Below, one piece after another: positions 24,709 to 35,860 of a stretch of 64,000 bases of DNA. The notes beneath the pieces are model-generated. The model made no database searches, had not been told where the DNA came from, and worked only from the letters and a program-made list of their open reading frames with translations. The stretch comes from Antedon mediterranea (Eukaryota > Animalia > Echinodermata). The stretch is from NCBI RefSeq assembly GCF_964355755.1, contig NC_092673.1, positions 30,625,648-30,689,647 of the forward strand, read 5' to 3'. The number at the start of each line of letters is the position of its first letter. Position 1 is the stretch's first letter. The position numbers and the translations under genes are program-made.

Positions 24709-27700
24709 ATGGCTAAGCAACAAAATGCAATCTTACATTGTGTATCCTTGAATGTAAGAGGACTGCGAGTCAAACAAAAACAAAGAAAAATTTTTAATTG
24801 GGCTAAAGACAACAAAATTGATATTTTTCTCATCCAAGAATCTCATCTGACAAACATCTTTGTCTCCAACGAGAATTTTCTTTGGGATGGAGATGCTTAT
24901 CATAGTTTTGGTAGCTCTTTTAGCAAAGGTGTCTCAATATTGATTAAGAAAGACCTTCAATACAAACTTATAAAACAACAAATTGACATTAATGGAAGAT
25001 ATATTCTGTTAAAAATTGATATCAATGGTACCCAATACACGTTTGTAAATATATACTCGCCAAATGATTCAAAAGTAAGAGGTTCTTTCTTTAATAATAT
25101 TGAGAAGCAAATTCAAACATTTTCGATCACTGATGAGTATATCATTATCGGCGGAGATATGAATTGTATTCAGGATAGGCTACTCGATCAAAAAGGTAGC
25201 AAAATGAAAACTGATAAATCTGTCTTAAAAATTAAACATCTTATAAATAAACTGAAACTAGTAGATAGTTGGAGACTTCTAAACAAATTAAAATCACAAT
25301 TTACTTGGTGTAGGAAATCGGCCAACCTTTTTAAACGTCTAGATTACTGGTTTGTATCAAAAAGTTTGCATGATACAGGAAACATCGTCTCATGCGATAT
25401 TAGACCAGCGATTTCTACTGATCACCAAGGAGTTTCCATTAAGATAAATATATTTCAAGACTCTCGTGGTCCAGGATTATGGAAATTAAATTCCGATTAC
25501 TTACAGGACGAACAATTTCTCAACAAAATTAATCAGATAATAGATAGCTGTTCACAGCAGTTCTATTTTCTTAATAACATAGAAATCTGGGAACTAATTA
25601 AAATCAAAATCAAAGAATTTTCAATCAACTTTGGCAAACTAAAATCGAAAAATAGAAATAGAAATAAAGAAAACTTACAAAAAGAAATTCAACAACTAAA
25701 CGCTAAACTAATGAACAACGATAGAGATGAATATGTGAATGCAGAAATTGAAATTAAATCTAAAGAATTAGAGGATATATATGACTATGAGGCAAAAGGG
25801 GCTCAAATTCGTTCAAGAGCGAAATGGGTAGAAGAAGGAGAAAAGAACTCCAAATACTTCCTTGGTCTGGAAAAAAATAACTGGAAAAGAAAACAAATAA
25901 AAAGATTAAAAAAATCTGACGGAACATGCGCCAAAAAAACTAAAGATATCTTGATTGAAGAAGTCAAACACTTTGAAAAGTTGTATGCAAAAGAGGACAT
26001 ACAAGCAAATGATATTCAAAATTATTTAAATTTAATAGACGTTCCAAAGTTAACACATCTTGAAAAGGGGTTATGTGAAGGAGAATTAACCTCCGTAGAA
26101 TGCGAAGAAGCGATACGGAGTATGAAATTAAATAAAGCGCCAGGTACCGATGGTCTCACGGTAGCATTCTATCAGACATTATGGCCCAAGATTGGCGTAT
26201 TAGTCTGCAATGCTCTCAATCTATGTTTAAAAAATGGAGCACTATCAAATACGCAAAAAAGGGGAGTAATAAACTTAATATTTAAAAAAGGGGATCTCGA
26301 AGACCTAAACAATTGGAGACCCATAACTCTCTTAAACACTGACTATAAAATTGCCGCCTTTGTTTTAACAAAAAGGCTACAAAATGTTATTAAAACAATT
26401 GTGAGTAATGATCAAAAAGGGTACATTAGAGGCCGTTTTGGTGGTGAAAACATCAGATTGATCGAAGATGTAATTGAATATATGGATACTAGCAAGTTAT
26501 CAGGGGCATTATTAAGTTTAGACTTTAGAAAAGCTTTTGACACAGTAGACAGAACTTTTCTTGTTAACACTTTGTACCATTTCAATTTTGGACCGTCTTT
26601 TATTGCATGGGTCAGAGTTCTATATGCTGAAACAGAATGTATTATTTTAAACAATGGTTGGTGCTCAAAAAGCTTTAAAATGTTTAGAGGTATAAGACAA
26701 GGTTGTCCTTTATCCGCACTTCTGTTCATCTTGGTCGCTGAAATTATGGCGTTAAAGATAAAACAGGATAAACTTATTAAAGGTATACTTTTACCAAACC
26801 CAGTTGTCGAGGTCAAAATTGCACAACTTGCAGACGACACGGTCTTATTTATGAAAGATGAGAACAGCATAAAAAAGTGTATTGATGTTGTCATCAAATT
26901 TGGTAATGTGTCTGGGTTAAGACTTAACAAAGAAAAAACGAATGCCATGTGGCTTGGAAAATGGAAGAAAAAGGACAACATATTGGACATTAATTGGATT
27001 TCTGACGGTTTTAAAGTTTTAGGTGTTTATATTGGCCATGATAAAGAATTTTGTTTTGCCAAAAATTGGTCCGAAAAAATCTATTCGTTACAAAACACAC
27101 TTAGATCGTGGAGAAAAAGAAATCTGACCATTTTTGGAAAAATAATTATCTTAAAGACGCTGGGCCTGTCAAAACTTGTTTATGTTGCAAGTATTATAGA
27201 CACGCCTGAAAGTGTTCTAAAACGTGTTGATAACATAATTTTTGACTTTTTGTGGGATGGAAAAAGAGAAAAGGTTAAACGAGTAGTTCTTATAAACGAA
27301 TATGAAAGTGGTGGTGTTAAAGCGCCTGATTTCAGGTCACAGGTTAAATCTTTAAAAATATCTTGGCTTAAAAGATTGTATAACAATGAGGATTCAAAGT
27401 GGAAATGTCTGCCAAACACATATTTTAATAGAATAGGCCCAAAAGACATTATTGATAACATATCATATATTGATAAGAAAAATGCTATTTTTAAAGCCAT
27501 ACCCGATTTCTATAAATCTATACTATGTATTTTAGTCAAACTTAATAGTGGTATGACTAAACGTCAATTATGTTATGATGATATATTGCATCAACAACTC
27601 TGGTATAACAAAATGATTTTATACAATGACATGTCAATATTTTTTAGAAACTGGGTAAGGTCAGGTGTGCGAAATATTAAGGATATTGTAATTGAGAATA

Positions 27701-28401
27701 GGTTCATTAACGCAAATGAATTACTAGATATGCTTAGGTATAAATCAAACTGGATTGCTGAATGGCAAATTGTATTAAACGCAATTCCAAAAGAATGGAA
27801 AGAGAAAATCTTTTTAAGGGATAAAAACCAAAAGCACTCAAAAACAACACACGTTCGATGTTTGAATATGAGTAGCAAACAAATATGTTCTTTCTTTATT
27901 AAGGAAAAATGTCTAGAACCATCCAAAAGTAAAACAAAATGGGAAACATATTTTAACATGGAGAACGATTGGTCTGTAACATGGAAAAGAAAAATTAAAG
28001 ATATTAAAGATAATAAACTTAAACAGTTGAACATCAAACTATTGCATTGTATAACACCTACCAAAAGAAGGCTGTTAAAATGGAAAATAAGCAACACAGA
28101 TACTTGCCTACAATGCAACGTAGTAGAGGATGATGCCCATTTCTTTTATGAATGCACTGAAGTAAAACCCTTATGGGAATATATTAACGTTTACACCATG
28201 CACAAATTTGGGATCGAGGCAAATTATCGAAACATTGTACTAGGTACAGGAAACAAATATGTAGACCACATGTTCTCTATTGGATGCTTCAGCGTTTACA
28301 AGGCACATACTTTGAAAAATGTAAACAAATGGACCGGATCATTGTCTCGTCTTTTTATGGCGGAAAAAAACAAAAGATCTTACCTTAACCACCTATTATA
28401 A
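24709..28401 (+). CDS. Tx1/L1 ORF2: AP-endonuclease, reverse transcriptase and C-terminal CCHC
   Basis: APE motifs SLNVRGL, IQESH, GGDMN, RLDY, TDH. RT motifs KAPGTDG, WRPITLLNTDYK, LDFRKAFD, GIRQGCPLS, LADD. C-terminal CLQC..HFFYEC. Confidence 0.97.
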   Translation: MAKQQNAILHCVSLNVRGLRVKQKQRKIFNWAKDNKIDIFLIQESHLTNIFVSNENFLWDGDAYHSFGSSFSKGVSILIKKDLQYKLIKQQIDINGRYILLKIDINGTQYTFVNIYSPNDSKVRGSFFNNIEKQIQTFSITDEYIIIGGDMNCIQDRLLDQKGSKMKTDKSVLKIKHLINKLKLVDSWRLLNKLKSQFTWCRKSANLFKRLDYWFVSKSLHDTGNIVSCDIRPAISTDHQGVSIKINIFQDSRGPGLWKLNSDYLQDEQFLNKINQIIDSCSQQFYFLNNIEIWELIKIKIKEFSINFGKLKSKNRNRNKENLQKEIQQLNAKLMNNDRDEYVNAEIEIKSKELEDIYDYEAKGAQIRSRAKWVEEGEKNSKYFLGLEKNNWKRKQIKRLKKSDGTCAKKTKDILIEEVKHFEKLYAKEDIQANDIQNYLNLIDVPKLTHLEKGLCEGELTSVECEEAIRSMKLNKAPGTDGLTVAFYQTLWPKIGVLVCNALNLCLKNGALSNTQKRGVINLIFKKGDLEDLNNWRPITLLNTDYKIAAFVLTKRLQNVIKTIVSNDQKGYIRGRFGGENIRLIEDVIEYMDTSKLSGALLSLDFRKAFDTVDRTFLVNTLYHFNFGPSFIAWVRVLYAETECIILNNGWCSKSFKMFRGIRQGCPLSALLFILVAEIMALKIKQDKLIKGILLPNPVVEVKIAQLADDTVLFMKDENSIKKCIDVVIKFGNVSGLRLNKEKTNAMWLGKWKKKDNILDINWISDGFKVLGVYIGHDKEFCFAKNWSEKIYSLQNTLRSWRKRNLTIFGKIIILKTLGLSKLVYVASIIDTPESVLKRVDNIIFDFLWDGKREKVKRVVLINEYESGGVKAPDFRSQVKSLKISWLKRLYNNEDSKWKCLPNTYFNRIGPKDIIDNISYIDKKNAIFKAIPDFYKSILCILVKLNSGMTKRQLCYDDILHQQLWYNKMILYNDMSIFFRNWVRSGVRNIKDIVIENRFINANELLDMLRYKSNWIAEWQIVLNAIPKEWKEKIFLRDKNQKHSKTTHVRCLNMSSKQICSFFIKEKCLEPSKSKTKWETYFNMENDWSVTWKRKIKDIKDNKLKQLNIKLLHCITPTKRRLLKWKISNTDTCLQCNVVEDDAHFFYECTEVKPLWEYINVYTMHKFGIEANYRNIVLGTGNKYVDHMFSIGCFSVYKAHTLKNVNKWTGSLSRLFMAEKNKRSYLNHLL

Positions 28402-29467
28402 TTTATATTGATGTGAATCTGATTATTTAAAATATATTACATAATAATGTTGTATAATACACATAGGCAGTTTCATTTTACCTTATATGAAATATAAATA
28501 AAAAAAAAAAAAATTGTATAAATTAATATTGAAAACAAAAAAGAAACGTAACGCAACATAAGTAACGCACGAGAAGATAAGCAAACAAATATAACCATGA
28601 GACATAAAACTAGACACAGGAGTAAGAAAAGCATTTTTAATATTTTTGTTTTTGTTTTTTTTATTCGTATTTTAAAATAATGTATATAATCTGTATATAG
28701 GGTATAAATGAATTGTATGTCAAAAATACTACCGAAAATAACTATACAACATTAGTAAATGTATCTCATACAGTACATTTATTAGTTAAGTGTTCACAAT
28801 GTTAGATGTTGAGAATTATAGAACAAAAAAAATACTAGAAAATTATGAAAAAAGTGGATAACAGAAAAGAAATAATGCTCTGATTCCAAGAACAGTAACG
28901 TTGATAAAATAAAAATAAAAAAATATATATATATATATATAAATACACCAAACCAAACAAAAGTAAGAATAACAATGAATAGTTATTATTATTATTAGAA
29001 ATAATTGTATTAATCTGTTGATGAAATGAAATGAATAAATAGTGGTTAACGCCACAAAAGAGAAAAAAAAAAAAAAACTATAATAATTAATGCTAATTGG
29101 ACATAAAGTAACTTAATAAACATATTCCATCGTCTTATCATGTTCGCAGCTTAGCACGCGTGACATTGAAATATGTTATTTTTCACACGATCCTTTGATT
29201 AAATATTATTATTATCGCGAATGAGTTATAGAAGGCGGGCGTAAGACGTGTATTGTATTATACCGATACAAATAAATAAGTTTATGATACGTGAAAGAAT
29301 AATGTTTATAACTCAATCAAAAAGATTAAAGGTATTTACGCCTAACTAGTTTCAGAAATCAATTTGTTTAAACCTTTTTTTTAAATGGTATGTTTCCTAT
29401 AGGCCTAGTTAAGTTACTGTTGTTATCTTAAAACGCTTTGATTATTAGTGCGTGGTTATCAATGAGC

Positions 29468-29582
29468 AGTAGCATTTAGGCCCGTATTCTTAAAAGGGGA
29501 CTAACTTAGTCCATGACTAACCTGGACTTCTCAGCAGGACTAAAGTTAGTTCCCTTTTAACAATACGGGCCTAAATGCTACT
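29468..29582. mobile_element. Short foldback MITE
   Basis: AGTAGCATTTAGGCCCGTATT..TAAAAGGG.ACTAACTT ... AAGTTAGTTCCCTTTTAACAATACGGGCCTAAATGCTACT. Confidence 0.75.
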
Positions 29583-30139
29583 ACTTACTGCTTATACTTT
29601 ATGGTTATGAATAATCATTTCCAAATATACAGTACTTTTATTTACGTCCTGTGTCCTAGAGGTGGAATTGTAAGTAGAATCAAAGAACTCATAAGTTCTT
29701 TGGTAGAATTAGCTTAGGTAATTTATTTTTACATTTTATATACTTGTTTAGTGCCCTCTCTTGTTCAGTTATCCTCCGTCCTGACTTCGTAACTCCATCA
29801 CTAGGCGTACATACAGAAGCTGATTTATTATTACCAATTTGGCAAATAGCCCAAGAGGAAACATGGGCGAGTGGGAACTACTTGATACAATATAACATTT
29901 TTTTTTATATACAAAAACAGAATAAACTGGACATTAAAATTAACAAGACAAAAATAATGTCACATCATATAACAAATTAAAATGAATACATATATTTATT
30001 ATTATTTATTTTTTCATTGTATTCTTATTACTTTATTATTTTATTTTTAACTGTACACTTTTGTCTTACATTGTATAACCTAGTCGATTTAATAGATTGT
30101 ATACTGAATTTAACAAACCGTTCACAAAGGATTGACAAA

Positions 30140-30480
30140 TGCAACTTTGCGCCAATCAGAGAAAAGATTGGCAGACAATCGCTTCTTTTCCGAATCCAAT
30201 CAAGTTATCCGGATTTCCCGCGGTTAAAGTCAATTTGTTCCATCCACACACAGGGCACAAGCACACCATGCAGCAGAGACACGAGATTGTGGACATGGCA
30301 CACGAAGGCCGGTTTTTATTAAAATAGCAAAGAGAAAAAACAGGTTTGTTCATCATAATAATTGTTAATTAAATATTAGTAACTAAAACTCGTCACCAGG
30401 CCATGTCGAGTCAATGATTATATAGGGAAGATTATGGTCTTGGAATGAAAAGCTAGGCCTAGACTAGGCCTAGGTAAGGT
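30140..30480 (+). promoter_or_regulatory. Promoter-like island (CCAAT boxes, E2F site) with no assigned gene
   Basis: GCCAATCAG, GATTGGC, TCCAATCA and TTTCCCGCG fall within 80 bp. They are followed by the donor CTAG|GTAAGG (~30473) and a dense TAGGCCTA tract. Confidence 0.4.
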
Positions 30481-30879
30481 AGAGCCGACTAGGCCATAGC
30501 GCTGTCTAGGCATACCTGCTATACCGACCCGGCCATGCTCAAAACTAGCTATTGTTCGATTCGATGGTAGACGAACGGCCTACATGTAACCCCGTGTGTA
30601 GGCTGATCATCGGCAGCAGCTATATTATAGTTGTATTAGTCCTATAACATCACAGTACAGCAGTAGGCTAACAGTTAGAACCTGTCTGTTCCTCTAGGCC
30701 TACTGTGTGACACTAGAAAGCAGGGCAGTTAGGGTCCGGCTAGGCTAGGTTGAATCAATATTTTGATTATGATAAGTAACCGTGATGTTCGTGTTGGTGT
30801 ATCAGTGAGTATACATAGGCCTAATACATAATACAAGTGATGGTTAGGCTTATGTATAGGCAAAGAGTAGTCTTTTTTT

Positions 30880-31310
30880 TTGTTGATACAAGCAAAGATA
30901 TTAATTTTGTCACTCCTAAGGCTACTGGCGTTAATGATACGACTTTTTATTTCTTAGGTATCCCCAATTCACTCAAATCAATACAAAATAATGCAACCTT
31001 CAAAATAAAACTTAACGAATATTTTAATAATGAACAGCTTGGAATTTCAGTTTAATTAAGTTATTTTTAATGTTGTTTTTTTGATGTTATCTTGTCTTGT
31101 ATGTATTTTCTTGTTTTTTTCATTTTTACTGAGTCATACTTAATGATAATTGTACTAGGCCCAACCACTCACTTTTCAGTCATTACGGATTGGACCCCAT
31201 TGGAAATAAGTTTACTTTTTTGTCGACTTAATGGGTTATCCAGGTATTTTAATACATTGTATATTTTAACTTTTTATGTATGAATATCGAATAAAATCAA
31301 TCAATCAATC
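30880..31310 (+). mobile_element. 5'-truncated L2/Crack/Daphne-type LINE 3' end
   Basis: RT C-terminal remnant TTFYFLGIPNSLKSIQNNATFKIKL, the 3' stem GACCCCATTGGAAATAAG...TTAATGGGTTATCC, and AATAAA plus an (ATCA)n tail. A second copy lies at 48400-48568. Confidence 0.75.
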
Positions 31311-32457
31311 ATTGAGACATGTTACATACGTTTTAGCGCCCTCACATTTCAAAAAAGTTTATTAAAAATGCTGCTATTGCAAAGCCACAATAAAAGCCAT
31401 TCATAATACAATTTTCTAGGCGGACTATCAGTGACAAAAAAAAAAGATATTTCAGTGCAGTCCAAAGACGAGCTGTATCTCTAGACCTATCCAATCCACG
31501 ACCTCAGACGATCGCTCTGGCTAACATTTTGTATCACGTGAACTACGGAAACATATTTATTTATAGTTCTCATATTTTTATCGTTTGATACATGGTTAGG
31601 CCTTCTTATGGAACGACTGGCGACATCACGCCAGGAGTTGACAAAAGGGTCGTGTTTCCGAAAATGTCATAACCTAATGATTTTGTTTTTCTTTAATAAT
31701 TGATTCACTACTAATTCTAGGAATATATTATTCTTTCTTCTGAAATAATTCAGAAATGTTTCAGTTTTGTATAAAAGAAGGTTTTTTTTTACTGTACATA
31801 CAATCGTTCGAAATACCCGTTCGGTAAAATACTGTAGGCCTACACTTTAAATGAAAAAAAATGCTGCAAATATATATATATATACCTTATTTATTTTTTG
31901 GAGGGTTTTAGAGGGGAGTTTATTTAAGCGAGGCGTTTATTTGAAAAAGTACGGTAGTATATTTAATTGTATCAATGAGTAATGTCATTTTGAATGTTGA
32001 ATCATAATCATACGCGTATTTCAATGTTGCAATGCTTACATTACGGTAATTAATTCAAGCCATGTATTAATGTCAGTTCCGGAAAGAGGATCATTGTACT
32101 TTCCAAAAATGAAACTACGGCTAATTAGAGAAATAATCTAATTATCGTATTTCTCTTAAATGGTATAAGAAATCAAAAAAAGATGTTTGAAGCAAACATC
32201 AGGAAAAAGATTTCCCGATGACAAATTATTCAGAATATATGTTGTTTGTGACATGAAGATTTGATTACAAAATGTCGAATATTCTTTCGTTATAAATTGC
32301 TTTAAACATTTTAGCTATCAACGATGTCAGGGCTATATTATCGGCTTTGCGTCATTTATTCTGCGCACAATATCGACTGGAAAAGTGAAGTAAACACCCG
32401 AATCCACATAGAAATCAACAATACTAGGCCTACCGTACTGTTCTAAAATTTAACTCA

Positions 32458-33480
32458 TCAAAGTATTGTACATTTTTTACATTTATTCAATCTTTGTAAC
32501 TTCTTCTCTCGCTTTCTTTCTTTCTTAATTGTCTTTTCTTCTAGTTCTTCATTCCTTCGCGCAAGTTCGCGCCAAATATCTGTTTCCACGTCTTTGTTTG
32601 TCATTCGTTCCATGGCACATCGTAGTTGTTCGGCGCCGGGCCTCTCGTGATAATCTTTCCGTAGAAGACTGTTTAGAAGTAGGACTAGGTGAGGGTTAAT
32701 CCATAGATCAGACGGTAAGACATAATCCATATTGAAAAATATCTCGTAATCCGCAATTGTCAGATTACCCATGCAGACTACAAGCAGATCACGTTTTACG
32801 CCGACTTGTGACGTGTTTATTTGCACTTGTTGTTTCAACATCATTGACGCAAATATGGCGCCTAAGGAGAATACATCAGCCTTGTGAGTGTAATGGAAAT
32901 TTTGAGTCTCAGGAGCTTGGAAAAATGGCGTTCCACAACAAGTTTTCATGTATTTCCTTGATATACATTTCTCTTGCGCCGAAGGGTTGAACGTTTGAAT
33001 GAAGACCTTCGCTAAGCCAAAGTCAGAAATTTTAACCACGGCATCGCCTAGATGGTTAAATTCGATAAGTATATTATCAGGCTTCAGATCTCTGTGTACT
33101 ACGCCTTGTCCGTGAAGAAATGACACACCAGACGACAACTGTTTCATAAAATTCAAATTGTTCACCATGTCTTTTGGTCTTTGAAGAATAAAATCATTGA
33201 GAGTTCCTCCACGACAAAGTTCCATCACTAAACAAAAGTGTTTGCCTTTTTGGAAGTACTCTTTCAGATTGACAACATTTTCGTGATGTTTAACTTTCAA
33301 CAAAGCATCGATCTCTTTCATTGCTTCATTCTTTAGCTCTTTAAGTGAGTTAAAGTTGCTACGCTTAAGAGTTTTGATAGCCCAGGAAGTCCGGCTGTTT
33401 TTATCCCAAGCTTTGTAAACCTCTCCACACATGCCTTCTCCCAACTTGTTTTGAATGGCATAACTTGTTCCAGTACCCAT
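32458..33480 (-). CDS. Intronless Ser/Thr kinase, PDIK1L/STK35-like, with N-myristoylation and CaaX motifs
   Basis: GEGMCG loop, AIK, HRDLKPDNILI, DFG, APE. LVMELCRGG.LN..I...P....N.NFM.QL and HYTHKADVFSLG resemble STK35/PDIK1L. N-terminus MGTGTS; C-terminus KKCTIL. Confidence 0.9.
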   Translation of the reverse strand: MGTGTSYAIQNKLGEGMCGEVYKAWDKNSRTSWAIKTLKRSNFNSLKELKNEAMKEIDALLKVKHHENVVNLKEYFQKGKHFCLVMELCRGGTLNDFILQRPKDMVNNLNFMKQLSSGVSFLHGQGVVHRDLKPDNILIEFNHLGDAVVKISDFGLAKVFIQTFNPSAQEKCISRKYMKTCCGTPFFQAPETQNFHYTHKADVFSLGAIFASMMLKQQVQINTSQVGVKRDLLVVCMGNLTIADYEIFFNMDYVLPSDLWINPHLVLLLNSLLRKDYHERPGAEQLRCAMERMTNKDVETDIWRELARRNEELEEKTIKKERKREKKLQRLNKCKKCTIL

Positions 33481-35616
33481 TGTCGTCTCAGTTAAATTTC
33501 TATTTTACAGATCAAATTTGTAAATAAGTCTATGCGTAAAGAGAACAACGGTTTCGTTACATGTCGTTATTAAATGCGAATTGCGAATCGATACGTTGGC
33601 TTCAACAACTATAGAAACAGTACTGAAGTTGAATAATCCGTCAAGGCGCCAAATATTTTTCTCGATACAAAACCGTAGTAACGCACGATTACTTCTCCGT
33701 TTACGGCCAAATCAACGTTCCGTTTCTTCAAAAAACTAAATAATGAACCAGTTTTGTTCTGTGGTCACAAAAGTATAATCGAACTTCTCGATAAAGGATT
33801 AAGTATAATTTGATCTGGAAGTAAATAATAAGAAATATCCTTAGTGTTGTGAGTGGTAGTTTACCGAGCCAGCTCTTTCTCAGCCGCTTTTATCTCTGAA
33901 CCTCTTGAATTTAATTTCCTGAGAGTTAAAACACATTTTCTTATAAGTTTGTTACTGTACCTGAATATAGATTCATGAACTTAACGGTAATGTGTTTTAC
34001 CCGACGCTGTCTCAAATGTATTTATCTTTAGACCTTTTAAAGTTGATTTTCCCGAGGGTCTAAATGTATTCAAGATTTCGTCTGCCCCTGAAAATAGGCC
34101 TAAGACCATGTGCGATAGTTCTGTGTTTTGTGGTTATACTCTACTTTAACTGTTCTGAAGTTGATTTCCTCGGGGCTTAGCACTTAATGTACACGTGCAT
34201 CGTGAACACGGTCTCCCGGGGAATCTACGTTGCCTGCAGCGTACATGATGACTAAGATATTCTCCAAACAAATTTCTATTCTTCACTGTTGAAACAACCG
34301 GTTTGCTTAAAAGAAATCCCCAAAAGCTGGACACAAATGTTGCGTATTATGTGTGGGTCTAACCGTTACCTGTGTTTTTTTCCAATGTAAAGATGATTTC
34401 TATATCCAAAATGGACCTCCAAACAATAATAATAGTCACAACTTCATCTAACCATAATCCTTAGTACAATGATCCAACGGTGCATATTATTTAACCAATC
34501 GTAAAGAAGACGGAAATCGCTTATTTATGCAGACTTTATAAAGTGCTTTATCACAGTTCGGCTTGTTTTTTTTTTTTTACATTTATAAAGTTTAAAATGA
34601 AATTACTATAGGGAGAAAAACGTCCGTGGGCCTACGTGATAAAAGGAGCATAGTTACTCAGTTAGTTGGTCAGAATATTATTTGTTTTTTTGTAGTGTAT
34701 AACGTAAGGGATATTAAAAAGTTTACCTAATCCTAATTTAAATAGCAGATAGGATTGAATTTCTCCTGTTCTTCTTCAGACTAAGCTGAAACACTGGAAA
34801 ACACGGCATTTGCTTGTGATTTAATTGGTTAAAAACGTTATGCCACGTGATAGGTCAATAAATATTTAAACATTAAAAACTCTGCAGTTTAATTGACGTG
34901 CCTTCCCCAAAAGGAAGATGTGAATTTGGCTGAGTGATTGTTACGGTTTTATTTACTTCAGTTTAACAGATAACAAAAATGTTTTGTACTATTAGAACGG
35001 AGAGATTATGCTCACCCGAGTTGAATGGAATAGTCAAAACTTTAAATTCCTCCTCAGTTCAATTCACAACCATTTACTATTTGTAAATTGGAATGAAATC
35101 TTTATGTGTGTGGTCGAAAGTGTACCTTATGTTTTTAAGGTACTTCAATTGAAAATTTAGTCACATACTTTTTAAACATTTCACTTTAAAGCTGCCACGC
35201 GGGTGTCTGGATACTCAGATACTAAGTTTTCTATTTCTGTTACCTGATGCAATACGAAGCCATCCAATTAATAACCTATCTCAATATATTATTATTATAT
35301 ATAGGCCTAACATAGTATAACATTACTTACAAATCATGAATTCCCTCTTTTACTATGTTAAAATAATTTTGATGAAAAAATCTTTTAGATTATTTATAAC
35401 AATGCATAATACCTTCAAGCTCTTTGGAGAAACTTTAGTAACGGAACTTCCGTTCAATTTCCGTCGATAATTATGTTAGCACTCAAGGGGTGTTCGTATT
35501 GCACAAATATTTGTTACATTGGAATGTATTTTGAAGTTGTTTTTTTAGGCTAACTTTCTCCCTAATTCAGTGAATGATATCGTTTTTCAATACAATGTTT
35601 ATGTTTGGTGTAATTA

Positions 35617-35860
35617 AAGGGTATCTAGAAAACTAATTATCTAGGAAACTTAAGATATCTTAGTTTTCTAGATCTAGAAAACAAGATATCTTAAGCCTGT
35701 TTTCAGCCTACTAGGCAAATTCGCGCGAATTGGAAAACCTAGGTGAAAAAGTAGGTGAAAATATTAATACGCATGCGTTCACGCGAATACATTCGCCTAG
35801 TGGTAAAGATCTTAGTTTTCTAAACACCCTTTTTCTAGACACCCTTTCTAGACACCCTGA
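35617..35860. mobile_element. Nested palindromic MITEs
   Basis: Outer AAAGGGTATCTAGAAAACTAA...TTAGTTTTCTAAACACCCTTT. Inner AAGCCTGTTTTC...CTAGGC...GCCTAGTGG is related to 57311-57511. Confidence 0.6.

Larger units (their letters stand above)
22860..28513 (+). mobile_element. Apparently intact L1/Tx1-clade non-LTR retrotransposon (5' boundary uncertain)
   Basis: Two uninterrupted ORFs separated by 88 nt, a 3' UTR of ~100 nt, and AATAAA fused to a poly(A) tract at 28497-28513. Confidence 0.9.

Noticed and set aside
24006-28118. Minus-strand ORFs (62-192 aa) overlapping the LINE ORFs
   Set aside because: These are antisense shadows of the A-rich LINE coding strand with no recognisable domains.
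30017-30356. ORFs of 62-101 aa on both strands
   Set aside because: No domain or codon evidence; the region looks like promoter sequence.
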